In this document: positions 22,933 to 36,154 of the stretch, piece after piece
Position numbering within the stretch: position 1 is the stretch's first letter
How the letters are laid out: each line of letters begins with the position of its first letter
NCBI GenBank assembly: GCA_943704425.1
Contig: CALSCP010000738.1
Coordinates: 59,972-123,971 of the forward strand
Direction: 5' to 3'
Source: Ministeria vibrans ATCC 50519
Taxonomy: Eukaryota > Protista > Filasterea
Length of the DNA stretch: 64,000 nucleotides
Notes under the pieces: generated by a model
The model's database searches: none
The model's input: the letters and a program-made list of their open reading frames with translations, nothing else
What the model was told of the DNA's origin: nothing
Position numbers and translations under genes: made by a program

Positions 22933-25900
22933 GAGGTTGTGCAGTGGACGCAGGAGACGCAGGCGGCGTTGGATGCGGCCGAGCTGGGCGACGACCTCAT
23001 TGCCACGCAGGATCTGCGCAAGAAGCACCAGTCGGTCGAGGTGGAGATTGGCGCACAGGGCGAGGCTGTGGCGGAGCTGCGTGCGCGAGCGGACGGGTAC
23101 ATTGGCGCGGGGCACTTTGATGCGGAGGGCATTGCAGCGAAGCGCACAGAGCTGACGGACCTGTTTGACGGACTGCGCGCAGCGTCGGCGCGGCGTCGTG
23201 GCGATTTGGAGGATATGGAGAAGTTCCACCAGTTCAACCGCGAGGCGGCAGAGGTGGAGTCGTGGATCAAGGACAAGGAGGGAGTGGCGCAGGCGGAGGG
23301 CGAGGGCAAGGACATTGCGCAGATTGAGTTGCAGCGGAAGAAGTTTGAGAAGTTCCAGAACGACTTGGCGGCGAACGAAGACCGAGTGCGCGCAGTTGGG
23401 GATCTGGCACAGCAGCGTGCGGACGAGGGACATCCGCGTGCGTCGGAGATGCAGGAGCGCAACGAGGCGCTGCAGGAGAGCTGGCAGGCGCTGCACGGTC
23501 TGACGGGCGACAAGAAGGGCACGCTGGCGGACACACACGCTGTGAAGGTGTTTGAGCGTGACGCGGAGGAGACGAAGCAGCGCCTGGCGGAGAAGACTGC
23601 AGCGATGGAGGTTGACGAGTTTGGCAACGATGTGGCGAGTGTGGAAGCACTGCAGCGCAAGCACGAGGACGACGAACGCGATGTGGCGGCGATCGCCGGC
23701 AAGGTTGGCGAGCTGGCGAACACGGCATCGGAGCTGGCGTCGAGCAAGCCTGGGAGTGCTTCTGTGGTGCGCGATCACGACGAGGAGTTGCAGACGCGCT
23801 TGGCGGCGCTGCAGATGGCCACGAATGTGCGGGGTAGCAAGCTCAAGGACTCGCTTGACAAGGAGCTCTTCTTCCAGGCCCAGCGCGAGACGATGTTTTC
23901 CGTTGGTGAGATGCAGTTGCGTGCCTCTGCGAGTGAGTTGGCGGACAATCTGTCCAATGCTGACTCGCTTCTCGGTGAGCACGCAGAGTGTCGTTCGGAC
24001 CTTGATTCTCTGCTGGTCACCGTCAGCGGTGTGCGTTCCATGGGTGAAGGTTTGGTGGCGCGCAACCACTACGCGTCGGACGAGGTGCGTGAGCGTCTCG
24101 AAGAACTTGACACTGGAAAACTGAAGATGAACAAGCTGTGGGAGGCGCGACAGCATTTACTTGAGCAGTGTCGCGAGCTGCACATCTTCCATGGTCTTGT
24201 AGCGGCAGCGCGTACCTGGATGAACAATGGTACATCGTTCCTTTCGAACGGCGATGTGGGTGACTCTGTGAGTGCCGTCGATGCGTTGCGTAAGAAGCTT
24301 ACTGACTTTATGACGACGGTCCCGGTCGAGGAGAAAAACATCAAGGCGCTGGGCGAGCGCTCTATTTCGTTGCAGTCGAGCGACCATTATGCGGCGGCAG
24401 AGATTGCTGAGCGAGCTGCCGAGGTTGAGGCTGAGTGGGCGAGCTTGGGTGCACTCAGTGTCTCGCGCGAGCAGCAACTTGAGGCGTCGCGTCGACTCCA
24501 GGCTTATTTGCAGACCGTGCACGACACGGATGCGTGGATTGCGGATCGCATGGCGGTTGCATGCGAGGAGAACTATCGTGATCCGGTGGGTCTTGCTGAC
24601 AAGGTTGCCGAGCACGATGTGTTCCAGGCAGAGTGTAAGACTAACGGACCTCAGGTCGAGGCAATTGGCAGCATGTCGGAAGCGCTTGTGGCCGAGGGCA
24701 ACACACAGGGAGGCGAGGTGGAACTCCGTGGCGCGGCCACTCAGGAGGCTTATGCAGCACTGCTTGACAAGGTTGCCGAGAAAGGCACGCGTCTGAATGA
24801 GGCAATGGAAGAGCAGGAGTATTTGCGGGGTGTGGAGGACGAGCAGCTGTGGATGGGTGAGACGCAGACGCTCTTGTCAAGTGACAACGTTGGCAAAGAC
24901 GTACCCAGCGTGGAGAACCTTCGCAAGAATCAACAGTTGGTGGCGGGTGATGTGGACGCACACGAGTTCACTGTGATGGGTGCGTTGCACGACAAGGCGG
25001 CCGACATGACGGGTGCGAACCATTTTAACGGTGCGTTGATTGAGGCACGCCAGAGCGCGCTCGAGTCCGAGTACACCCGTGTGCGTGAGTTGTCTCGGAA
25101 GCGTGGTCGCGATCTCGAACAGGCGGAACAGTACTTTGTGTATGTGGCGGACACGGACGAGTTGGCAGCGTGGATGTCGGAGCGTGTGGCCGTGTTGCAC
25201 TCCAAGGAAGACCCTACAACGCTCGAGCAGCTGGCGGGCATGACTGCCAAGCATGATGAGTTTATGAAGGAAGTGAATGCAAACCGACCTCGTCTGGAAC
25301 GACTTGCGCAAGCTGTCGATGCCCTGGCGAGCGACGGGAATCCGCGAGAGATGGACGCTGTTGCACGCCAGTCAGAGCTTGCGCACGATTGGGCGCAATT
25401 GGAGACCGAGATGGAGGACGAGGCTGAGCACCTCGAGAACATGAAGGACGTGCTCACATTCTACAGCGCCGTCGACGACACCCTCAGCTGGTTGCGCGAC
25501 AAGGCACGTGCCTTGCCGGACAGCCTTGGTGCGGATCTGTCGAGTGTGCAAATGCTTCAGCGTAAGCATGAGGCGACAGAGCGTGATCTCGTGGCCATCG
25601 AGTACAAGGTTGAGGCGCTTGTCACGGACGGCACGAAGCTTGCCAAGACGTACCCGAACGAGTCTGCGGGTCTCGAGGAGCGTCGCGACCTTCTCGATTT
25701 CGAGTGGAAGGAGCTGCGCAAGAGTGCCGACACGCGTGACAAGCAGCTCGAAGAGGCATTCCATGGTCACCAGGCCTTGACGGACGCGCGCGAATTGCAG
25801 CTTGTGCTCGACGAGCTTGCGAAGCGTGTGGCCGTGAGCGAGGGTCGCGAGGGTCTCACCAGCGAGGCGGCACACGATTTGGCGACCGCTAAGATGTTTG

Positions 25901-28900
25901 TGTCGCGTCACGACGAGCTTCACGGCGATCTCGAAGTGGTCGATGTGCAACTTGAAAGTGTGGTGAGCGCCTGTCAGAAACTGGTGGACGCGGGACATCC
26001 TATGACGGAGAGTGTTTGTGAGGCGTCGCAGACGCTGTCGCGAGTGCGCCAAGAGTGTGGAGCGACGTGGACGACACGTCGTGGGCTTCTTGCTTCGTCG
26101 GTGGACGTGCACCAGTTTTACGAGGACTGTTCGGCGTTGCGTGCGCAGCTGGACTCGCAACGAACCATTGCGGAGCGCACTGACGTGGGCACGACTCTTG
26201 CCGAGGTGGAGGCGCTTCAGCAGCAGGTGACAGACTTTGTGGGTCAGTGCACGGCGACATTGGAGCGTCTTGGATTGCTCGCGGAGCGCGGTCAGTCGTT
26301 TGTGGACGCCGGTCACTACGACGCGGCACAGGTGACGGCACGCCTTGAGAAGCTGCGTCAAGTCCGGGACGCTGTCGCTATGCAGTTGGAGAAGCGTCGC
26401 GAGCTGCTTGAGAATGCTCTTCGGGTGCAGCACTTTTTGCGTGACTGTGGCGAAGAGCAAACGTGGATTGACGAGCATGTGGCGGAGGCGAACGACCAGT
26501 CGTACCGCGACGTGGGCGTTGACGCGAGCGTGCGCTGGAATAAGCACACTGCCTTTATGGAGGTGATTGAAACCGCCGCGCCACGCATGCAAGCGCTTGC
26601 CGACAAGCGTGAAGGTGTGTCCGCGCTTGCGACGGACGATCTCTCTGCCCAGGTGAGTGCGCAACACAGAGCGCTGGACGAACACTGGCAAGCGCTGCAG
26701 CAGAGCGCGGCAGCAAAGAGTGCCGGTCTGCAAGAGGCACTGGCTCGCCAGGCGTTTAACAGCGAGTGTGACAACCTTTCGCTGTGGATGGGCGAGACTG
26801 CGCTGGTGTTGCGTGCGGTTGAGACGGGCGAGAGTGTGTCGGGCGTACAAAGCCTGCTGGCCAAACACGAGTTGGTGGAGGCGGGTTTGCGTGCGCGAGG
26901 CGACGCTCTGGTGGCGCTGCGACGCACCTCGGCGGGTTTTGTCGAGTCGGGTCACTTTGATGCGAGCAAGTTGGAAGCGCGCGGCGAGCAGCTTCAGGTG
27001 GAGTACGACGGCCTGGTGGCGACGTCGGCGACACGACGGGGCGAGCTGGAGCACGCTCTCGAGGTGCAATTGTTGCTGAAGGATGCAGAGAACCAACTGA
27101 TGTGGCTGCGAGAGAAGGACGTGTTGGCTCAGTCAACGCAGTCCGGCCGTGATCTCAGTGGCACACAGGGCCTGCTGACCAAGCATGCGACTCTGACTGA
27201 GGATGTGGAACGTCGACGCGCCGCTGTGGAAGCCGTGTCGAAGCGAGCGCACGATGTGATTGCTTCCAATGTACACGAGAACGACCGTTCCCTCGTTAGC
27301 GGCAAGGTGGAGGAGTTGAAGGGTGCAGTGGTGGCCATTGGCAAGGCGCTCTCGGCACGCCAGGCGTTGCTGGAAACCTCGCTGCGCCTGTACGAGTGGC
27401 TCACTGAAGCGGACGGCGAGTTGTTTTGGGCGACCCAGGTGAGCGGTCAGCTGACGAGCGGCGATTTTGGTTCGTCCAAGACGGCGACGGTTGCGTTGCA
27501 GAAGCAACTGACGGCAACCATGACGGATGTGGAGACACACAAAAGTGCCATTGACAAGCTTCAGTGTGCGGGCGAGGCGCTTATGTCGTCCTCATCGACG
27601 AGTCTTGCCGACTCGGAACGCGAGCGAATTTGCGCGTCGCGTAACGAGCTCACGACGCTATTGACGAACCTCGAGCAGCAGCAAAAGGAGCGTGAGGCGG
27701 GTCTTGCGTCGGCACTGCTCTTCCATTCGTTTATGCGCTCGGCCGACAGTCACGCCCTGTGGTTGCAGGCGCAGTTGACCGAGGCGCGATCGGAGGAGGC
27801 GGGCAAGTCGCTTGCAGACGTGGCACGGCTGTTGCAAGATCACGAGCGATTCTCTACGGAGTGCAAGGCAGACGCCGAGAAACGTCTCGAGGCGCTTGTC
27901 GCGACCCAGTCAACGTTGGCTAAGGAGGGACACACGCAGGCGGATTCCATGGCGACCCGTCTGGAGGAGTTGGCGACGCAGTGGCGCAGTGTGCAGGAGG
28001 CGTTGCAGCGTCGCAAGGTGATGCTGATGGACAAGGACAAAGAGTTGCGGCGTCTCGACGAGTTGTGCCAGCAGTTTGCGTCGGGAGCGTCGGCATTTAA
28101 CAGCTGGCTCGAGACGGCGACCGAGGACCTCAATGAGCCGGTGCGTGTGGGCAGTGTGAAAGAAGTGGATGCGTTGCAGGCGGCGCTCTTGGCCTATCAA
28201 CAGTCGCTTGTGCAAATGAAGGGGGACTTGGACTCGCTCACGTCGGCCGACACGTCGCTGCGCCAGGCAGGTGTTGTGCGCAACCCATACACGCGATTCG
28301 ACGTGACCGCACTCATGGACAAGTGGAATACAATTCTGAAGCTGATCGAGGAGCGCATTGTGTTGCTGGACAACGAGGCGGATCGACAGGACGACAACGA
28401 CGAGCTGCGTCAGGACTTTGCAACGCACGCCAACGGATTCAACGACTGGCTGGTGAGCATGCGACAGCAGCTGGCGTCGGATGGCGGTGCAGACCTTCGC
28501 GAGCAACTGACGCAGATTCGTAAGGTGCAACAGTTGATCCAGCAGCGCAAGGGTGACGTTGCCAAGATTGAGCGACTGGGCGAGGCGATGGAGGCGGCGC
28601 TCATTTTCGACAATGAATACACGGAGCACACGCCGTCGGCACTGGCGCAGCAGTATGATCAGCTGGAGGCGATGGGAAAGCGACTCGAGGCGAATGTTGA
28701 GTTGCAGATTGCGGCGAGCGAGAGCAGCGGCGTGAGCGACCAGCAGTTGCGCGAGTACCGCGAGACATTCAATTACTTTGACAAGGATCGCAGTGGGCAT
28801 TTGCAGTACATTGAGCTCAAGGCGTGTCTGCGCTCTCTGGGCTACACCTTTCCGACGCTGCAGGAGGGCCAACAAGATCCCGAGTTTGCCAAGATTGTCG

Positions 28901-30297
28901 CGGTGGTGGACACAACAGGCAAGGGCCACGTCAGTCGCGACGAGTTTATTGCGTTTATGATTCAGCGCGAAACGGAGAACGCTGAGAATGCGGACGATGT
29001 GGTGGCGGCGTTCAAGTCGACGGCGGGCGAGCGCGAGTACGTGACCAAGGCAGAGTTGTACAAGATGCTGCCAAAGGAGCACGCGGACTTTTGCATGTCG
29101 CGCATGGACGCGTACGTTGACGAGAATGGCTTTCAAGTGCGCGGGCGCTACGACTATGCATCGTTCACCAAGGCAATGTATGGCCAGGGGCGTACGGCTG
29201 CTCTTGACGCGATCAATGCCAAGCATGCGGAGGAGGCGGCGCAAGCGGAGCGCGAGGATCACGAGGGGATTGAGCAGGAGAAGGCGCTGCTGCAACAAGA
29301 GCTTGAAGCGATGCAGGCGACCGAGTTAGCCTATCGCCAGGAGGACCTGACGGCGGCCGACCAACAGCGGGAGGAGCACGAGAAGGAGAAGGAGGCGCGC
29401 CACGAGTCGCTGCAACTCACACGTGAACAAGTGCAGAAGGAGCGGGCACAGCAAGCGGCCGAGCTGCTTGCACATCAGCAGGCGGCTCTCAAGGAGAGTG
29501 AGACTCAGCGCGAGCGTGAGCAGGAAGCGTTGAAGAAGGAAGCGACGGCTCGCGCGGCGAAGGAACGCGAGCGGATGCGTGTTGAGGCGGAAAAGCGTGA
29601 GGCGGCTCTGGCAAAGTTGCTTGAGGCGAAGCGTCGGGACGCGGAGCGAGCCCAGACGGCGGAAGTGAGCGAACGTCAGCGACGTGTGGCAGCGCAGGCG
29701 GCGGAGCGTGAGGCGCACTCAAAAGCACATGCAGAGCAAGCGGCGGCTGCCAAGAAGACGGCAGTGACACTGGAGCGAGAGCGAACCAACATAGAGGAGG
29801 CAGCGTACAAGGCTGAGGCTGAGCGCAAGCGTGCGCGCGAGGCGATGCTTGAAGAGCAGGCTGAAAAGCGGAAGGAGCGCGAGACAACTGCATTGAACGT
29901 CGAGAGGAGTTTAGCTGCGGCCCGTCAGCAGCAGCTTGCCAAGGAGTTGGAGGGACGTGCGAAGCAAGAAGAGATTGAGCGACGCGAGGCGGAGGCTCTT
30001 GCGAAGCGCACGGAAGAAAAGCGGGCGGCAGTCGAGGCGGAGCGCAAGATGCGCCTTGAGAAGCAGCTACAGGAGGCGGCGGTTAAGGCCAAGGCAGCGG
30101 CCGAGGTGAAGGCCCGCGCCGAGCAAGAGCGACTTATGACTGAGCAGCGAGCTCGCGAAGAGAAGGAAGCGCAGTTGGCGGAGCGACGGCGCAAGCTGGA
30201 GGAGGACAAGGAGGCGGCGCGAGCCAAGGCGCAGAAGGACGCAGCGCGGTTGCGTGCTGCGAACGAGGCGTCAAAGAGACACAGCAAGCGCGTTTGA
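22933..30297 (+). CDS. Alpha-spectrin-like protein (5' partial): about 18 spectrin repeats, EF-hands, charged coiled-coil tail
   Basis: ~106-aa Trp-containing repeats; alpha-type terminal repeats ASAFNSW, NPYT.F, ALIFDNEYTEH; EF-hands FDKDRSGHL..ELKACLRSLGY, YVTKAEL, YDYASFT. One uninterrupted 7.4-kb ORF. Confidence 0.95.
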   Translation, partial: EVVQWTQETQAALDAAELGDDLIATQDLRKKHQSVEVEIGAQGEAVAELRARADGYIGAGHFDAEGIAAKRTELTDLFDGLRAASARRRGDLEDMEKFHQFNREAAEVESWIKDKEGVAQAEGEGKDIAQIELQRKKFEKFQNDLAANEDRVRAVGDLAQQRADEGHPRASEMQERNEALQESWQALHGLTGDKKGTLADTHAVKVFERDAEETKQRLAEKTAAMEVDEFGNDVASVEALQRKHEDDERDVAAIAGKVGELANTASELASSKPGSASVVRDHDEELQTRLAALQMATNVRGSKLKDSLDKELFFQAQRETMFSVGEMQLRASASELADNLSNADSLLGEHAECRSDLDSLLVTVSGVRSMGEGLVARNHYASDEVRERLEELDTGKLKMNKLWEARQHLLEQCRELHIFHGLVAAARTWMNNGTSFLSNGDVGDSVSAVDALRKKLTDFMTTVPVEEKNIKALGERSISLQSSDHYAAAEIAERAAEVEAEWASLGALSVSREQQLEASRRLQAYLQTVHDTDAWIADRMAVACEENYRDPVGLADKVAEHDVFQAECKTNGPQVEAIGSMSEALVAEGNTQGGEVELRGAATQEAYAALLDKVAEKGTRLNEAMEEQEYLRGVEDEQLWMGETQTLLSSDNVGKDVPSVENLRKNQQLVAGDVDAHEFTVMGALHDKAADMTGANHFNGALIEARQSALESEYTRVRELSRKRGRDLEQAEQYFVYVADTDELAAWMSERVAVLHSKEDPTTLEQLAGMTAKHDEFMKEVNANRPRLERLAQAVDALASDGNPREMDAVARQSELAHDWAQLETEMEDEAEHLENMKDVLTFYSAVDDTLSWLRDKARALPDSLGADLSSVQMLQRKHEATERDLVAIEYKVEALVTDGTKLAKTYPNESAGLEERRDLLDFEWKELRKSADTRDKQLEEAFHGHQALTDARELQLVLDELAKRVAVSEGREGLTSEAAHDLATAKMFVSRHDELHGDLEVVDVQLESVVSACQKLVDAGHPMTESVCEASQTLSRVRQECGATWTTRRGLLASSVDVHQFYEDCSALRAQLDSQRTIAERTDVGTTLAEVEALQQQVTDFVGQCTATLERLGLLAERGQSFVDAGHYDAAQVTARLEKLRQVRDAVAMQLEKRRELLENALRVQHFLRDCGEEQTWIDEHVAEANDQSYRDVGVDASVRWNKHTAFMEVIETAAPRMQALADKREGVSALATDDLSAQVSAQHRALDEHWQALQQSAAAKSAGLQEALARQAFNSECDNLSLWMGETALVLRAVETGESVSGVQSLLAKHELVEAGLRARGDALVALRRTSAGFVESGHFDASKLEARGEQLQVEYDGLVATSATRRGELEHALEVQLLLKDAENQLMWLREKDVLAQSTQSGRDLSGTQGLLTKHATLTEDVERRRAAVEAVSKRAHDVIASNVHENDRSLVSGKVEELKGAVVAIGKALSARQALLETSLRLYEWLTEADGELFWATQVSGQLTSGDFGSSKTATVALQKQLTATMTDVETHKSAIDKLQCAGEALMSSSSTSLADSERERICASRNELTTLLTNLEQQQKEREAGLASALLFHSFMRSADSHALWLQAQLTEARSEEAGKSLADVARLLQDHERFSTECKADAEKRLEALVATQSTLAKEGHTQADSMATRLEELATQWRSVQEALQRRKVMLMDKDKELRRLDELCQQFASGASAFNSWLETATEDLNEPVRVGSVKEVDALQAALLAYQQSLVQMKGDLDSLTSADTSLRQAGVVRNPYTRFDVTALMDKWNTILKLIEERIVLLDNEADRQDDNDELRQDFATHANGFNDWLVSMRQQLASDGGADLREQLTQIRKVQQLIQQRKGDVAKIERLGEAMEAALIFDNEYTEHTPSALAQQYDQLEAMGKRLEANVELQIAASESSGVSDQQLREYRETFNYFDKDRSGHLQYIELKACLRSLGYTFPTLQEGQQDPEFAKIVAVVDTTGKGHVSRDEFIAFMIQRETENAENADDVVAAFKSTAGEREYVTKAELYKMLPKEHADFCMSRMDAYVDENGFQVRGRYDYASFTKAMYGQGRTAALDAINAKHAEEAAQAEREDHEGIEQEKALLQQELEAMQATELAYRQEDLTAADQQREEHEKEKEARHESLQLTREQVQKERAQQAAELLAHQQAALKESETQREREQEALKKEATARAAKERERMRVEAEKREAALAKLLEAKRRDAERAQTAEVSERQRRVAAQAAEREAHSKAHAEQAAAAKKTAVTLERERTNIEEAAYKAEAERKRAREAMLEEQAEKRKERETTALNVERSLAAARQQQLAKELEGRAKQEEIERREAEALAKRTEEKRAAVEAERKMRLEKQLQEAAVKAKAAAEVKARAEQERLMTEQRAREEKEAQLAERRRKLEEDKEAARAKAQKDAARLRAANEASKRHSKRV

Positions 30298-30488
30298 ATC
30301 TAGAAAGAGTAGAGTAGAGAGAGAGAGCGAGAGAGAGAGAGTTTTCGTTGAAGGTTTTTGTGTTGGTTTGAAAAAGTCATAGAATTGCTTTATTTCAAAA
30401 TTCACTTCAGAGTTCACAATAATTCGAACACAAGTCCGCAAGAACCTTCGTAATTGCAAAATAGGGGGGGTTTTATTTATTTATTAAT

Positions 30489-31958
<1,470 letters not shown>

Positions 31959-32162
31959 GGCGACCGTCGAGGCGCTTGTATTACGCGAACTCAAATGCGC
32001 ATTCATTGGTAACGTGTGTGACGTCAGACACTGCCAAGACCAAAGTGTAAAGACTGGTGAATCCTACCAAATTTGTTTTTTCATTTCGGTTAAGAATTAC
32101 GATCGTCAATTGACAATTTGTCATTTTGAATATTATTCATATATCATTAATTCGCTGTTGCA

Positions 32163-32957
32163 ATGTCACAAACTGTTCCAAAAGTATTGGAGCCAATCCT
32201 GGACGACTTATGCAGGTATTCATGACACACACACACACTCTCTCACACTCACATACTCTCTCTCACTCACTCTTTCACCCTCTCTAATTTCTCTTTCACT
32301 CTCACTCTCTCCCTGTCACTCTCTCCCTCTTCATGCGTGCGCGTTCTGACCCGCTTCACTCCATAGCCGATTCATTTTAAATGTTCCCGATGAAGAGCGC
32401 ACCTCATTTGAGCGCATCTTGTTTCAGGTAATCTCTTTTTCGTCCGTATCTCTCTCTCTTTCGTCTCTCTCTCAAACTCTCATCTTTCTCTCGCTCTCTC
32501 AGGTCGAACAGGCGCACTGGTTCTACGAGGACTTTGTTCGTGAGACACGTCCCGAGTTGCCACAGTATCGCTTGCGGTCGTTTGCTGCCGTCATGTTCAG
32601 CCATTGCCCAATTTTGAAACCGTTTGCGAAAAACATGGATGTGTTCTTTGAAGAGTTCACGAAATACAAGGTAGGCGCCGATACGGCTCTTGCTCAAGCA
32701 TCTCACGGTATCTGTGTATGTGTGTGTGTCGTCGTACGCCCTAGTCTCGTGTTCCCGTGATGGGTGGTATTCTCCTCAATGAGAAACTCGACAAGGTGTT
32801 GCTGGTCAAGGGGTACACCAAAGGCGCCGGCTGGTCCTTTCCACGCGGCAAAATCAACAAGGACGAGGCCGAATATGACTGTGCTGTTCGCGAGGTACAT
32901 TTTTAACACATCCCCTTCAACTTTCTTCTCTCATGATAACACATAACACACACACAC

Positions 32958-33006
<49 letters not shown>

Positions 33007-33822
33007 CTCTCACGCAATGTGTTTGCAGGTTCTCGAAGAGACCGGCTTTAACATGACCGAGCACAGCGACAGCAATGAGTTTGTCGAACAGACGGTGCAC
33101 GAGCAGCGGATCCGTCTGTACATTGCCAAGGGGATCTCCGAGACCACAGCATTTGTAACACAGACTCGCAAAGAGATTGGGGACATCCAATGGTGGGGCA
33201 TTGACGATGTGGTGCGCTGTGCGGTTGGCGGGGCACCTGCAGTCGCCGACGGCAACGGCAAGACAGCAACGCGCGGCAAGCTTTACATGGTCATTCCGTT
33301 TGTAGCGTAAGCCAAGAGAATCTCCAAAATGAGAAAAAAGAGGAAGAGAGAGAGAGAGAAAGGAGGGAGAAAGAAACATAATGATAGTGATAGAGAGCGA
33401 GAAAGAAAAAAAAGTAGTGATAGAGAGAGACTAATTAAAGAGTGTCTCACACTTTTCAAACATGTGGGGGCGCCTTGTTTTTTTATATAGTCCTCTTCGG
33501 GCGTGGATCAAGAAGGAGCGACGACGACGCAACAAGGGCAGCGAGACAGGCACGCGCAAGGGCGGAGGCACTGCAGTAGCGGGTGCGCCTGGACCGTCAG
33601 CACACAGTGCAGAGCATCTCAAGGCCCTTTTAGGCATTGGAACCAGAGGTAGAAACAAAATGAACCACGATTGGAAGAGGCCATCTCGCTTAATCGAGTC
33701 CTGCGCACCCATTCTTCTCTCTAGTTGAACCGTTTTTGAACTTTGAGTTTGATCGTGCCCTCATCCAAAAAGCGCTGTCTGTCCCGTCAAAAAAGGGCAA
33801 AAAGAAGGAGGTCAAAACGTAG
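32163..33822 (+). CDS. DCP2: mRNA-decapping enzyme 2 (Box A + Nudix)
   Basis: [39 protein letters not shown]...CAVREVLEETG. Confidence 0.96.
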
Positions 33823-33863
33823 CAATAAACGAAAAACGTACAGTGTATTTTATGATTGAGTAC

Positions 33864-33910
<47 letters not shown>

Positions 33911-33923
33911 TATTTTAATAATA

Positions 33924-33970
<47 letters not shown>

Positions 33971-33996
33971 CCATATTATTGTTATTCATATTATTA

Positions 33997-35476
33997 TTAA
34001 TGGTGGCGTTGCTTCTGGAGATCGTCAATGAGAGACTTGAGCCTTTGCTGGCGGGCGGGGTCTTTGGTGGCCGTCGAAATCTTGGCCGTGAGGTCGGCGA
34101 TGCGCAGTCGCAGACTGGCGTCGTTCCGCCAAACGTGTGCGCGGCGTCCGTGCGCACTGGCCAGCCACATGGAGTCGGGCGAAAAGACAAGGCCGCTGAC
34201 GGGCCCTGCTTCGCGCATACGGTCCATTTCGACGCCCGTGCGCACGTCGTACACGACAATGTCGGCGTCCGCACTCACGGCAACGACAAGACCATCACCA
34301 GAGACACACACATGCGACGACGCACTGCCACCGCCACCGCTGCTCTCGGGTACTGCCTTATCGATGCTGAGCAGCACTTGGGGTTGCTCGTCGTACTTGG
34401 GACGCACGTCAAGACTAAACACGCGGACTGTGCCGTCCTTGCTCGCCGTCACAGCACGCTCATCGCTCGTAAACGCCACATCGTGCACACCACGACGATG
34501 TCCCGACAGCGACGTGAACCGCGTCGCGTCCAGAAATGCCCCCGACGTGTCACTGCGCACCTTGAACACGGCCACGTCGGTCGCGTACGCAGCTACGCCA
34601 ATAAACTGCGAGCATGGCGATACCCCCAGACGACTCACGCCCATCGCTTTGGTCAGGTCCAGACGCGTAAGCAGCGCGCCTTGAACACTAAACACATTCA
34701 CATGTTGATCGGCGCCCAGCGTGCACAGGAAACTCCCATTGCTGGCAATCGCAATGTCCATCATGGGACCACTCTTGTGCTGCGATGCAATCTCACGATG
34801 TACCGCAAGTTCCTTCTTGCCAATGCGCACAATCTAGAGGGACGGAGGGAGAGAGTGTGTGTGAGACACAACAAACAATGATAATAATAGCATATTTCCC
34901 CCACCTGAATGTTTAAACTTTGCTCGAGAGCAAGAAGGAGGTACTTTGAGTCGGGTGAGAAGCACGAGGCAGTCGCATGGTCAAGCTCAACGTTGAAGCG
35001 GCGATAGGTTGGCTCCCGCTCGCACAAGGACGCACACTGCCACAGGCGCACAGTCCGGTCGGCCGAGGACGTTGCCAAAGTATGGCAATCGGGTGCGAAC
35101 GCAACACTCGTCACCGTGTCTGTGTGTCCCTTGAGAGTCGACAGCAGAAGAGGGCCCTGCCAGTGCCGTATGGCCCAGTGAGTCACGGTTGCATAAGCGC
35201 GAAAATTCACTGTTGCCCTACCTCTACAGTAACAGCGGGCGTCTTCCTCTTGCCAGCCCCAGCCGACATTTTGGGCGCAGGATGACGCGCCTTCTCATGG
35301 GCAGCAGCGGCGGCTTCCTTCGCAGCCAGCTCGGCAGCGGCCGCTTCGTCGTCAGCCGCTTGTTGTCGGGCCGCCTCAACAGCCGCAGCCGATCGCCTGT
35401 TTGCAATGAACGCAATGAGCACAACTACACTTGTGGCCACCAGCGAAGAAATCCACAGCTTCACAGAGTCGTCCAT
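33997..35476 (-). CDS. TBL2: Transducin beta-like protein 2 (N-terminal TM, WD40, C-terminal coiled coil)
   Basis: Hydrophobic N-terminus; LKGHTDTVTSVAF...SADRTVRLW, NVELDHAT...FSPDSK, TASKDGTVRVF. Confidence 0.88.
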
Positions 35477-35918
35477 TATAATAATAATAATTAATTATTG
35501 TGATTATTCATCATTATTGTCGAATCACGAATAATTTTGTCAAACTGAGTTGTGACTGAATAATCTTGCCTTCTGAGCGAGAGAATCGGCGGGAGAGCAG
35601 TGTCAAAACTCACACAGAAGTGAAAGGACACCCAGTACAGGAGTCAGAGAGGGCGATCGAGCCAGTTTGTTCACTGTGTCTGATTCGTTCCACATTAGTG
35701 CATTAGTGCCTTGACGTAAACGATTGAAAAAATACAGAAAAATAACAAACGTACCATATTTTTTTTTATTCTTCTTCTTCTCTTCTCACACGGAGCAACG
35801 GCGTGCGCGTTTGCCTCGACTCTTTTTCTCGTCATCTTCACACAGCACTCCCTGAGTCCGAGTTTTCCGCTGTGATTTCTCCCACTGGGCATTTTCTGTT
35901 GTTCTTTGACGTATCAAC

Positions 35919-36109
35919 ATGGCGACTCTTGCAGTGCCCTCGTCGTCCGCTGCGCCCGCCGATAAGAAGGTGTCGCCGCTGCTGTCGCGCCTCCACCCCT
36001 CCTTCATGCATGTAGGCGCCTCCCGGTCGCTCCCATCCCCTTCTCCACGCCTAACCCCTTTTCCCGATTTAGGACCCCTCCGTTCAAAATGCGACCGACA
36101 CGAGCGGTA

Positions 36110-36154
<45 letters not shown>

